Source: a virus
Taxonomy: Duplodnaviria; Caudoviricetes
Virus record (IMG/VR): IMGVR_UViG_3300037465_000689
Location: 1-35,517 of that record
Strand: one strand, 5' to 3'
Length of the DNA: 35,517 bases
Shown here: positions 25,783 through 34,270 of the stretch, one piece after another
Numbering within the stretch: the stretch's first letter is position 1
Layout: the number at the start of each line of letters is the position of its first letter
Notes under the pieces: model-generated
The model's database searches: none
Seen by the model: the letters and a program-made list of their open reading frames with translations, nothing else
Told to the model about the DNA's origin: nothing
Translations under genes and position numbers: made by a program

Positions 25783-27041
25783 TGCTGGTCAAGGCGGGGG
25801 TCTTTGACTCGGCCACCGTGGCTGGCAACCAAGCCATCGCCGGAGTCGGCTTCAAGCCCAAGCTCGTCATCCTGTTCAGCTGCAAGAACACCGCCGACAC
25901 CGTGCAGAGCGTGGAGGCGAACTTTCTCTCGATGTTCGGGGCCGGGACCGGGCCGACGGAGCGCTTCGCGGGCAGCAGCTGGGAGCGGAACACCTCAGAC
26001 CCGACGGAGGCGGACCGCCGGTTCATCAGCACCGCGATCCTGACGATGAACGAGAACGCGGTCATCACGATGGAGGCCGACCTGGCCTCCATGGACGACG
26101 ATGGCTTTGCCCTCAACTGGACCGCCGTGAACGGGACGGCCCGCAAGATCTTCTACCTCGCCATCGGAGGCGATGGCGTCCAGGTCAAGATCGGCTTTTT
26201 CAACACCAACACCACGACGGGGAACCAGGCGGTGACCGGGGTTGGCTTCAAGCCGCAGATGCTCCTCTCGTTCCTCAACATCAATGGCACGACGGAGGGG
26301 AGCTCGACGAACCACTCCCGCAGCATGGGCTATGCGGATACCCCGGGGGTGTCCAGCACCGTCCACGCCTTCTCGTATCTGGGCTTCGACAACGTCGGAA
26401 CGAGCGACGAGCAACGTGGGAACCGGACCGCCGAGTGGATGGTGGTCGCCTCCGGCTCCGCCTTCGACTTCCTGGCGACGTTCGTGTCCATGGACGCCGA
26501 CGGGTTCACCTTCAACATCGCGACCGCGGCGGCCACGAGCCGCAAGTGGGCCTATATCGCCATCAGCGGCGTCCGAGCGAAGGTCATCCGGGTCGCCTCG
26601 CCGACCGCCAACGGCACCCAGCAGATCACCGGGGTTGGGTTCAAGCCTCTGGTGCTCTTCTTCAACAGCACGCACACCAGCGGCACCGCGTTCACCGGAA
26701 ACTCGAAGGAGACCTTGGGAGTAGCGACGGGCCCCACCAACCGCTTCTACACGGCCCAACGGGCCCAAGGAGGCCAGGCGGCCGCCGTCGCCAGTCATCG
26801 TCAGCGTCAGGATAAGTTCATCGCCTCGATTGACGGCTCGGTGACCAGCGAAGCCGACCTGCAATCGATGGATGCGGATGGGTTCACGCTCAACTGGACG
26901 ACGACTGATACAAGCACGCGGCACTTCGCGGGGTGGGCGCTGGCCGAGAGCACCGAGGTGCTGGAGCGGCAACGCTACAAGATCGAGGAGAGCGCGTTGT
27001 TGAGAGTCAACCGGATCGCTGAACACCTGGTGGGCGCATGA
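25779..27041 (+). CDS. Three-repeat beta-domain virion/receptor-binding-like protein
   Basis: Three ~130-aa units, each with G.Q...GVGFKP ... SMD.DGF..N. Confidence 0.7.
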   Translation: MMLVKAGVFDSATVAGNQAIAGVGFKPKLVILFSCKNTADTVQSVEANFLSMFGAGTGPTERFAGSSWERNTSDPTEADRRFISTAILTMNENAVITMEADLASMDDDGFALNWTAVNGTARKIFYLAIGGDGVQVKIGFFNTNTTTGNQAVTGVGFKPQMLLSFLNINGTTEGSSTNHSRSMGYADTPGVSSTVHAFSYLGFDNVGTSDEQRGNRTAEWMVVASGSAFDFLATFVSMDADGFTFNIATAAATSRKWAYIAISGVRAKVIRVASPTANGTQQITGVGFKPLVLFFNSTHTSGTAFTGNSKETLGVATGPTNRFYTAQRAQGGQAAAVASHRQRQDKFIASIDGSVTSEADLQSMDADGFTLNWTTTDTSTRHFAGWALAESTEVLERQRYKIEESALLRVNRIAEHLVGA

Positions 27042-28162
27042 GTCTGTTCGGGCCGAGGATCACGCGGTGGCGGGCGCTCTTTCTTCCGAGCCAACGCAAC
27101 CCGACAATCCTGACGCTGCTCGGAAGTGAGTCGGCCGATCGGAGCCATATCATTGGATTTGAAGCGCTGGCGGCCCCGACCAGGGATCGCATGGCGCCAT
27201 GCGAAACGGAGAGCCCGATCCGTCGGGATCACGAGCTGGCGATCGAGCGACTGCTCGATGAGCGAGCTGACTTCACACTGCCGTTTGAGAGCCTCGGGAC
27301 TACCCTCCGCGACCAGCTCCCACTCATCGAGAGCGAGGGCTTTGGGACGCGCGATACGATGCTCCCCTGGGAGTCGGAGAGCCCCGCGATTCGCAACCAC
27401 CCAATCCCGCTCGAGACGCTCATCGGGCTGCTGCGCGATTGGCCCGCGCTCTGGACGGCGCGGGCCGCAGTCCTCCATGACGATGGGATCCTCTTTGAGT
27501 TCGGGAGCCAGCTTGTTCTTCACGACGCCGTCATGCCGTGGGAGAGCCTCAGCCCGATTCACCGCGACAGGATGCTCCTCTGGGAGTTAGTCAGGGCGAT
27601 CAGCCAGGACTCAGGCGCCCCGCTCGAGTGGCTCGGAGGCCTCATGCGCGACGGGCGCCTCCTCTACGAGGCGGATGCGCTGGCTATCCGGAGCAGCGTG
27701 ATGCCGTGGGAGGCCGGCGCGCCGCTCGCGCGGGATCACGCGGTGGTGTGGGAAGCGTTAGGTGTCGTGCTTCAAGACACGGCCCTGCTGCTCGACAATC
27801 TGCTGGCGCTGGCGTGGGATGGCGCCATGCCATGCGAGTCGATGACGCCGCTACTCCGTGATGGCGCGATGCTCTGGGAGTCATTCTCCTCGGCGCTCCG
27901 CGATCATCTGCTCCTCGTTGAATCCCTGGCGCCACGGGCAGCCGATCGCGCGATTCCCATCGAATGGACCCTGTCGCTCCTCCTCGATGGCGCATTGCTG
28001 CTTGAGGTCGTGCAGGCCTGCATCCGCAATCACGAGCTGCCCTGGGAGTCGACGGGGCGCAACATCGTGATCCGCTTGACCGGAGGAGCGCCGACCGTGC
28101 CTGGTCTCGCTGGCGGCGCGCTGAAGACCCCGGATCTGGCCGGAGGGACGCTGACCGCGTAG
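27038..28162 (+). CDS. Fibrous protein with ~22 tandem 14-residue repeats
   Basis: Consensus RDxxLPWESxxxxx repeated with 14-aa period. Confidence 0.7.
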   Translation: MSLFGPRITRWRALFLPSQRNPTILTLLGSESADRSHIIGFEALAAPTRDRMAPCETESPIRRDHELAIERLLDERADFTLPFESLGTTLRDQLPLIESEGFGTRDTMLPWESESPAIRNHPIPLETLIGLLRDWPALWTARAAVLHDDGILFEFGSQLVLHDAVMPWESLSPIHRDRMLLWELVRAISQDSGAPLEWLGGLMRDGRLLYEADALAIRSSVMPWEAGAPLARDHAVVWEALGVVLQDTALLLDNLLALAWDGAMPCESMTPLLRDGAMLWESFSSALRDHLLLVESLAPRAADRAIPIEWTLSLLLDGALLLEVVQACIRNHELPWESTGRNIVIRLTGGAPTVPGLAGGALKTPDLAGGTLTA

Positions 28163-28170
28163 GAATAGCC

Positions 28171-28566
28171 ATGTCGATCGCCATCCTCGCCGAGATCAAT
28201 GAGAAATCCACCGCCCGCATCGACGGGCTGAAGCTGACGGATGAGACCGGCGCCGCCATCGCCGGGACCTCGCTGGCCACCTTCACGCTGACCCTGTACG
28301 ACCGGCTCACCGGCGCGATCATCAACAACCGCAACGCCCAGGACATCAAGGGCAGCGGCAGCGGCGCCAACGATGTGACGATCGATGAAAGCGGCAATGT
28401 CGTCTGGACCATGCGCTCGGCCGACAACGTCCTCGTGGCGACCGACGCGCCGGAGTTCGAGGAGCATGTCGCCCTCTTCGAATGGACCTGGGGCTCGGCC
28501 CCGGTCAAGCGCAGCAGCGAGGAATACGTGCTGCGGATCAAGCGGGTGCCAAAGGTGAGCCCCTGA
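28171..28566 (+). CDS. Putative tail/baseplate accessory protein (BppU-N-like)
   Basis: LTDETG.AI..., G.V.W....D pattern; AGGA RBS. Confidence 0.5.
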   Translation: MSIAILAEINEKSTARIDGLKLTDETGAAIAGTSLATFTLTLYDRLTGAIINNRNAQDIKGSGSGANDVTIDESGNVVWTMRSADNVLVATDAPEFEEHVALFEWTWGSAPVKRSSEEYVLRIKRVPKVSP

Positions 28567-29750
28567 TGCCGGCGGTCACGCGCGATCTCATGCTGCCGTT
28601 CGAGCTGGTGAGCGACGTCTTCACCTGGCGCCTGGAGCTGCGCAACAAGAGCTTCACCATGGTGGACGTGTTCGAGCCGGACCAGGAGGCGAGCAACCTC
28701 CGCTGGGAATACCGGCGCATCGGCGGCGTGGGCACGATGCGCTTTACCCTCAGCCGCCCCTACGACAGCAAGGGCAATATCGACGGCACCTACGATGTCC
28801 AGCTCTTGCTCAGCAACCGGTTCACCGGGCAGCTGGAGCTGTGGTACCGCGGCTTCATCCAGCAGATCGCCCCCAGCCTGGAGGATCCCAGCGAGAAGAT
28901 CGACATCGTCTGCGCCGGCTACGGGGCCCAGCTGGCCTGGATCCGCGTCAATCAGACCTACAGCGGGCCGCAGACGATGGAGGCCATCGTCCAGGACATC
29001 CTCCAGAACAAGGTCGCCCCCAACTCGAAGATTCTCTATGACGCCGGCCTGATCGAGGCGACCGGGGTCTCGCTGCAAAGCGGCGAGTCGCTGAAGTTCG
29101 ACACGACCGCCGATGTGGCGCTCAAGACGATCGCCACGATCGTCGGCAGCCGGGAGTGGGGCGTCGGCGTGGACCGCACATTCTTCTTCCGGCAGCGCAG
29201 CGCGACGATCAAGCACCGGTTCATTCCCGGCCATGACGTCGTGCGCTTCGAGGACTTCATCGACTACAGCCGCATCAAGAACCGCCTGTTCCTGAAGGGC
29301 GGCGGCAACCCGGCCTTCGCCACGAGCCGGGAGGACACCGGCAGCCAGGCCTCCTGGGGGCTGCGCGAGGAGATCATCACCAACGCCAGCATCACCAGCA
29401 ACCCCACCGGCAACAACTACCTCAACGCCCTCTTGGCGGAGAAAGCCATCCCAGTTCGGCGCTCCACACTGGATATCGGCCGGCGGCGCACGCGCCTCGA
29501 GACCCAGGTGCCGATCGGGGGGATCGCCGTCACCGCCGGGGTGTTCGTGAACAAGTACGGCACGTTCAAGTATGGGGCCGCCGGCAAGAAGTACGGCGGC
29601 GAGTTCGGCTACCAGCTCGACAGCGCCGGCTACGCGCTCGATGACAACGGCGTCCTGATTGCGATGGACCTCGGACAGGAGCGCCCCTCCGTCGCCGAGC
29701 AGGTGGGGCGGATCGAGTTCCAGGTCGAGCAGCTGGAGCAAGCGAGGTAG
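28566..29750 (+). CDS. Tail tip/hub (Tal-like) protein
   Basis: W.Y.R.GG.G...F.L, YRGFI, WGV..DR.FFF, I.NR....G, SQ..WGLRE. Confidence 0.75.
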   Translation: MPAVTRDLMLPFELVSDVFTWRLELRNKSFTMVDVFEPDQEASNLRWEYRRIGGVGTMRFTLSRPYDSKGNIDGTYDVQLLLSNRFTGQLELWYRGFIQQIAPSLEDPSEKIDIVCAGYGAQLAWIRVNQTYSGPQTMEAIVQDILQNKVAPNSKILYDAGLIEATGVSLQSGESLKFDTTADVALKTIATIVGSREWGVGVDRTFFFRQRSATIKHRFIPGHDVVRFEDFIDYSRIKNRLFLKGGGNPAFATSREDTGSQASWGLREEIITNASITSNPTGNNYLNALLAEKAIPVRRSTLDIGRRRTRLETQVPIGGIAVTAGVFVNKYGTFKYGAAGKKYGGEFGYQLDSAGYALDDNGVLIAMDLGQERPSVAEQVGRIEFQVEQLEQAR

Positions 29751-29753
29751 CGG

Positions 29754-30458
29754 ATGCCGGCCTCCTATCCCTCAGCGATCAAGACGTTCACGCAGTTGGT
29801 CGACGGCGTCGACGATGTGCTGGCGCTGCATCCGAACGAGCGCGGCGATGAGATCACCGCCATCGAAACGGAGCTGGGGACGAATCCCCGCGGCTCCGCG
29901 ACCGACGTCAAGACCCGGCTCGACGCCAGCCAGAACGCCGACGGCACGATCAAGAACGACCACATTACGACCCCGCGCATCGCCGATGGCGCGGTGACGC
30001 TGGCCAAGATTGCCGCGGCGGTGCTCAAGATCGTCAACATCTACCAGGCGGAAACCTCCAGCCCCACGAACATCGGCACGGGGTGGACGGACATCGGGGG
30101 CCTCTCGCTGGGGGTCACCCCGCAGGCGACGACGAGCAAGTTCTTCGTCATCGCCACCATCGGCACGGCATGCCAAGGGGCCGGCTGCGGCTCAAGCGGC
30201 GAGCATGGCTTCCGGCTGCTGCGCGACGGCAGCGAGCTGGACAAGAAGGTCTACGACGAAGGCGGCGCGGAAGGCCGGTCGTCCATGGCGCCCTGCTGCC
30301 TCATCTACCGGGACTCCCCGGGGACCACGTCCTCGATCACCTACAAGGTCCAGGGCATCGCCGGCAACGCCGGCATCTACGCCGCCCCGGGCAACGCCAC
30401 CCAGATCGGCCAGCAGTCGAAGGCCGTTTTGATCGTCATCGAGTACCGCGACACCTAA
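29754..30458 (+). CDS. Tail fibre/receptor-binding-like protein
   Basis: N-terminal YP..I...A.H.N...D.I.AIETELG, IADGAVT.AKIA, C-terminal DSP.TTS.ITYKVQ jelly-roll. Confidence 0.75.
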   Translation: MPASYPSAIKTFTQLVDGVDDVLALHPNERGDEITAIETELGTNPRGSATDVKTRLDASQNADGTIKNDHITTPRIADGAVTLAKIAAAVLKIVNIYQAETSSPTNIGTGWTDIGGLSLGVTPQATTSKFFVIATIGTACQGAGCGSSGEHGFRLLRDGSELDKKVYDEGGAEGRSSMAPCCLIYRDSPGTTSSITYKVQGIAGNAGIYAAPGNATQIGQQSKAVLIVIEYRDT

Positions 30459-30469
30459 CGGAGGGGCAC

Positions 30470-30736
30470 ATGGCGTAAATCGTGTTGACCGTGAACGACG
30501 CGCAGCTCACACGGTTGGCGGAGGCCGTGGCGCGGCGGCAGGGCTATCGGGACACGATCCAGGATCCGCTGGATGCGATCAAAACCATCCCGAATCCGGA
30601 AACCAAGGCGCAGTTCGTCCGGCGCTGGCTGATCAACATGCTCAAGAACGAAGTCGTGCTCGATGAGCTCCAGCAGCGTATCAAGCAGGCGCAGGATGAC
30701 GCGGTCGCCAACGCGCCGGTCATGGACATCACATGA
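30470..30736 (+). pseudogene. Small protein with an in-frame TAA at codon 3 (or restart at GTG 30482)
   Basis: GGAGG-N5-ATG GCG TAA ATC GTG TTG..., in frame with ORF 30482-30736. Confidence 0.55.
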
Positions 30737-31233
30737 CGCGAGACCAACTGCGCGACTTGCACTGGACGTTCCCGCCGCTGGCGGCCTTCCTGGGCGCACT
30801 GGGCGGCTGGTCCTTCAAGTGGCTCCGCCGCTACGCCCTGCCGGTGACGGGTGGGCTGCTGGCGATGGCGTATGGCATCGAGCGGAGGCGCTGCGTCAGC
30901 TACGCGGTGGCCACCACGATGGCGTTCAGCCTGCCGTACTCGCCGGATCGGCAGAGCTGGATGTCGATCGCGTTAGTCGGCGCGACGTATGGCATGACGC
31001 CGTGGCTGCTGGTTCGATGGGTGACGGCCGGGCTTAAGCCGCGGTTCCGCTGGCAGGCGCTGCTGTGGCCGGCGCTCACCGCGGCCGCGCTGACCGGGCT
31101 GCTGTGGTGCTCATCGGTAGCCGACTGGTGGGCCCATAAGTGGACCGAAACCGTGGTGTTCGGCCTGCACGGCTTCCTGGTCGCTTACGCGATCGACCGG
31201 CACAAGCTGGAAGTATCGCATGCGCGATCTTGA
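30733..31233 (+). CDS. Multi-pass membrane protein
   Basis: Several hydrophobic segments; ATGA-coupled. Confidence 0.7.
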   Translation: MTRDQLRDLHWTFPPLAAFLGALGGWSFKWLRRYALPVTGGLLAMAYGIERRRCVSYAVATTMAFSLPYSPDRQSWMSIALVGATYGMTPWLLVRWVTAGLKPRFRWQALLWPALTAAALTGLLWCSSVADWWAHKWTETVVFGLHGFLVAYAIDRHKLEVSHARS

Positions 31234-31486
31234 GCAGCGCATCGAGCAGCTCGAGGAAGCCATGGGCCGCATCGAGCGGACCTTGTACGGCAACGGGGAT
31301 CCGGGGATCAAAGAGCAGCTGGTGGCGATTGCGACGAGCACCGCCGATCTCATCAAGCGCTTCGACGAATTCCGCCACGAGGTGTGGAAGCGGATCTCCG
31401 GCCGGCCGAGCTGGGCGGTCTCCATCGTGATCACGGTCATGAGCTCGCTGCTGGTAGGAGTGGTGGTGGCGTATCTGGGCCGCTAG
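31220..31486 (+). CDS. Coiled-coil plus C-terminal TM protein (holin/XhlA-like)
   Basis: LYGNG.PG motif, coiled coil and one C-terminal TM; lysis-module position. Confidence 0.6.
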   Translation: MRDLEQRIEQLEEAMGRIERTLYGNGDPGIKEQLVAIATSTADLIKRFDEFRHEVWKRISGRPSWAVSIVITVMSSLLVGVVVAYLGR

Positions 31487-31510
31487 GCGGCGCAACCAGG
31501 GGGGTGACGG

Positions 31511-32092
31511 ATGAAACGGGTTGGGGTCGTGGCAGCGTGCGCGCTGCTGTTGGTGGTGGCCGGCTGCAAGCCGGTCGAGAACTACAAGACCGGACGGGAT
31601 ACTCCGCTGCAGGAAAACGAAATCAGCTCCACGGACCAGGCCAAGCAGGACGCGGAGCCGATCAAGAGTCTGCCCTACGGCAACGTGGCCTATCCCTTCG
31701 TCGCGGCCATCCTCAGCGCGTGGTACACGGAGCGGCGCGGGGCGCGGATCCGTCAGGGGCTGCCGCCGAGCGCGCGGCCGTTCACTGGGGCCTTGGGCGA
31801 CCGGGTCCCGGTTCTGGAAGGGCTGATGCAGACGCTCTCGAACTTCTCGACCGGCCTCTTCACGCTGCTGGGCAAGCAGGACACCGGCGCGCAGCGCGCG
31901 TGGAAGATCGCCGTCTCGTTCGGGCTGGCGACGGTCGCTGCAATACCCACCATTCCCGGCTTCCAAGAGTGGCTGGCCGGTCACGCCAAGTATGCGCTGG
32001 CCTTGGTCGGGCTGGCCGGATTCTTCGGCGCCGTCAACGTCGAGCTCAACAAGGTCAAGCCGGTGGCGGAGGTGAAGCCGCCAACCTCCTAA
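31511..32092 (+). CDS. Lipoprotein with additional TM segments
   Basis: MKR...LLLVVAG-C lipobox; 2-3 later hydrophobic helices. Confidence 0.7.
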   Translation: MKRVGVVAACALLLVVAGCKPVENYKTGRDTPLQENEISSTDQAKQDAEPIKSLPYGNVAYPFVAAILSAWYTERRGARIRQGLPPSARPFTGALGDRVPVLEGLMQTLSNFSTGLFTLLGKQDTGAQRAWKIAVSFGLATVAAIPTIPGFQEWLAGHAKYALALVGLAGFFGAVNVELNKVKPVAEVKPPTS

Positions 32093-32116
32093 CGCTGGCG
32101 GGCACGGCTGCGCGAC

Positions 32117-32149
32117 GACCCCCGGAGGCCTACCGCCGGGGGTCTTTTT
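32117..32149 (+). terminator. Rho-independent terminator ending the late operon
   Basis: 9-bp stem gacccccgg/ccgggggtc followed by TTTTT. Confidence 0.88.
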
Positions 32150-32158
32150 CATCCGATT

Positions 32159-32208
32159 TGCCTTGCTCTCTCCTGCCGATTCTGGCCTCCTCCTGCCCGC
32201 ACGATGGG
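32159..32208 (+). repeat. 50-bp intergenic motif, copy A
   Basis: Gapless 36/50 identity with 32930-32979. Confidence 0.7.
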
Positions 32209-32241
32209 TACGGGGAGCGGACGACCACAGCGGAGGCGAGG

Positions 32242-32457
32242 ATGAGCGCGGAGAAACAGCAGCAGTGGCTCAATGAGGTCCACCGAGCCATTCGGGAGGG
32301 GCGGGCCTACCTGGAGACGTTCGTGGGCGCGCGGAGGGTGACCGCCTACAACGACGCGACCGGCTGGGCAACGACCAGCAACGGGGCGTGGATGGATCAG
32401 CGGTCGTTCGTGGTGACCCTCGACGACATCAAGATCACCCCCGAGGCCCAGCGATGA
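32242..32457 (+). CDS. Hypothetical protein (71 aa)
   Basis: GGAGG RBS; MSAEKQQQW...; ATGA-coupled to the radC-like gene. Confidence 0.7.
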   Translation: MSAEKQQQWLNEVHRAIREGRAYLETFVGARRVTAYNDATGWATTSNGAWMDQRSFVVTLDDIKITPEAQR

Positions 32458-32915
32458 GCGAGGCGGGGGTCCCCATCTGGAAGGTGCAACTGGTGCGAGA
32501 GAGTGCCGTAAAGGCGGCGCGGCGACCGGTGGCCAGCGCCGAGGATGCGGCGGCGGTGGTCGCCGCGTACCTGAAGGGCGCGGATCGGGAGCACTGCGTG
32601 GTCGTCCTGCTCGATGCGCGCCACAAGGTCATCGGCCTCAACACGGTCTCCATCGGGACGGTCAGCGCCTCGCTCGTGCATCCCCGCGAGGTGTTCAAGC
32701 CGGCGATCCTGGCCAACGCCAGCGCGATCATCTTGGCGCACAACCATCCCAGCGGCAAGCTGGAGCCATCCGAGCACGACGTGGAGCTCACGAGGCGGCT
32801 GATCGAAGCCGGGAAGCTGCTGGGCATCGAGCTGATGGATCATCTGATCCTCTGCGAGGGGGCCCATCTGAGCTTACGTGCCAGCGGCAAGGTTTTGTGG
32901 GGACGCACGCGATGA
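32454..32915 (+). CDS. radC: RadC-like JAB/MPN domain protein
   Basis: DRE, VHPREVFK, HNHPSG..PS..D, DHLI. Confidence 0.93.
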   Translation: MSEAGVPIWKVQLVRESAVKAARRPVASAEDAAAVVAAYLKGADREHCVVVLLDARHKVIGLNTVSIGTVSASLVHPREVFKPAILANASAIILAHNHPSGKLEPSEHDVELTRRLIEAGKLLGIELMDHLILCEGAHLSLRASGKVLWGRTR

Positions 32916-32929
32916 GCACCGCTCCTTTC

Positions 32930-32979
32930 TGCCTTGACTCCCGCGGCCGGTTCCGGCCTCCTGTGTCCCGCGCGATGGG
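32930..32979 (+). repeat. 50-bp intergenic motif, copy B
   Basis: Gapless 36/50 identity with 32159-32208. Confidence 0.7.
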
Positions 32980-33010
32980 ACAGGACAGCACGGCAACGCG
33001 GAGGCAGGCG

Positions 33011-33178
33011 ATGGCAGAGGAACGGAGAGCTCAGGTAGTGCTGACAGCCCGGGAGCTGCGGTGGCTCCTGGAGCAGATCGGGGCGGCGGTGGATCCGGAC
33101 TCGCGGCCGGATGCGATTCGGGAAGAAGTCGAGGACCAGCTCGAGCAAGCACTCTTCGAGCTCGAGGAACGCGAATGA
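33011..33178 (+). CDS. Small acidic hypothetical protein
   Basis: GGAGG RBS; MAEERRAQ...ELEERE. Confidence 0.65.
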   Translation: MAEERRAQVVLTARELRWLLEQIGAAVDPDSRPDAIREEVEDQLEQALFELEERE

Positions 33179-33197
33179 GAAAGGAGGCGAGGCAGCG

Positions 33198-33440
33198 ATG
33201 GGCAGAATGAGTCTGCAGCAGCGATTGGACGAGGCGGTGGTCGGCCTGACGCGGTTCAAGAGCGAGGTGGGGTTGAGCCAGGTGGACAGCCGGGCCCTCC
33301 GGAAGGCCGGCATCCTCCCGGGCAGCGAGCCCTTCCAGGCGCGGGGCTGGTGGTGGACGCCGGTCGCGTGGGAAGAGGGGCGGTTGATCGTCAAACGGGG
33401 CCGCAAGGTGACTCGGTCACAACGGAGGAAACAGCCATGA
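33198..33440 (+). CDS. Hypothetical protein
   Basis: AAGGAGG RBS; MGRMSLQQRL... Confidence 0.6.
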   Translation: MGRMSLQQRLDEAVVGLTRFKSEVGLSQVDSRALRKAGILPGSEPFQARGWWWTPVAWEEGRLIVKRGRKVTRSQRRKQP

Positions 33441-33667
33441 CACACCCCATCAGCGAGATCGGGCGGCGGCTCCTGAACAACGAGGACGCCGCGATTGAGC
33501 GCTACGCGATCTTCCAGGGCATCGACACCGACGTCCTGGTGGAGATCGCCAGCGGCACGGTGGACCCAGGGGAGCTCGTCCGGATCGAGCTGGCCCAGCG
33601 GGGTCTGGGCAAGGACGGTAAGTGGATCGGATTTCCGCAAGCGCGGCAGCTCTGGGGAGTCGCCTGA
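33437..33667 (+). CDS. Small mobile-element protein
   Basis: GGAGG RBS; ELAQRGL.KDGKWIGF motif reminiscent of small MGE proteins. Confidence 0.7.
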   Translation: MTHPISEIGRRLLNNEDAAIERYAIFQGIDTDVLVEIASGTVDPGELVRIELAQRGLGKDGKWIGFPQARQLWGVA

Positions 33668-33861
33668 TGGGCCGGCAGATCGATGAGCGGGCCTACCGGC
33701 TGACGGTGGAGGACTTCAAGGCGCGCTTCACCTTCCCGTTGACCCCGGAGCAGCAGGCGCTGCTGGACCGCGCCGAAGGGCTCGGGCTCAAGCTGGACGT
33801 CGTGATCGGCTACGCCTGCGGTCGGCGGTACCTCATGGACCTGGACGCGGTGGAGGACTGA
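33667..33861 (+). CDS. Hypothetical protein
   Basis: TGATG coupling; MGRQIDE... Confidence 0.6.
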   Translation: MGRQIDERAYRLTVEDFKARFTFPLTPEQQALLDRAEGLGLKLDVVIGYACGRRYLMDLDAVED

Positions 33862-33865
33862 AGAC

Positions 33866-34069
33866 ATGGCGATGACGGAGGGGCAGTTGCGAGGCCAGGC
33901 CGGGCTGGATGCGGCCAGCGCCGACGCGCTCGAGCGCGCCAAGAGCGCGATGCAGGAGTGGCTCGACCAGGCGATCAAGGACGACAACGTAGCAGCGGCG
34001 CGGGCGATGGCGGTCAGCGTGGTGCTGATCGAGCGGCAGATCAATCGGTTGTTCGAAGCAGCGCGATAG
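33866..34069 (+). CDS. Hypothetical helical protein
   Basis: GGAGG RBS; operon position. Confidence 0.6.
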   Translation: MAMTEGQLRGQAGLDAASADALERAKSAMQEWLDQAIKDDNVAAARAMAVSVVLIERQINRLFEAAR

Positions 34070-34082
34070 AGGAATTGAGGCG

Positions 34083-34268
34083 ATGGAGGACAAACCACGC
34101 GTGAAGCTTGTCGGAACAGACGGCAACATCTTCGCGATCCTCGGCCGGTGCAAGCAAGCCCTGAAGGATGCGGGACAGCCGGATCAGGCCGAAGAAATGA
34201 TGCAGCGGGTCTTCAAGGCGACGTCCTACGACGAGGCGCTGGGGATTTGCCAAGAGATGATACGTTAA
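34083..34268 (+). CDS. Small phage protein (G.DGNIFAILG family), last codons possibly replaced by the IS110 end
   Basis: KPRVKLVGTDGNIFAILGRC..AL...G...A.EM......SYDEAL. Confidence 0.75.
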   Translation: MEDKPRVKLVGTDGNIFAILGRCKQALKDAGQPDQAEEMMQRVFKATSYDEALGICQEMIR

Positions 34269-34270
34269 AC

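Larger units (their letters stand above)
960..34268. mobile_element. Prophage (temperate, HK97-like head, siphovirus-type tail), probably integrated at tRNA-Asn; right boundary not seen
   Basis: Integrase-repressor-cro-replication-packaging-head-tail synteny starting at a tRNA. The right arm ends at an IS110 element. Confidence 0.9.

Noticed and set aside
25779-30458. Diversity-generating retroelement or invertible tail-fibre cassette
   Set aside because: No reverse transcriptase, no TR/VR nucleotide repeat pair, and no invertase or inverted crossover sites were seen; the repeats are protein-level only.
5483-30478. Stop-codon reassignment suggested by in-frame stops in the initiator region and at 30476
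   Set aside because: The stops differ (TAG, TGA, TAA), all three terminate normal genes here, and no suppressor tRNA is present.
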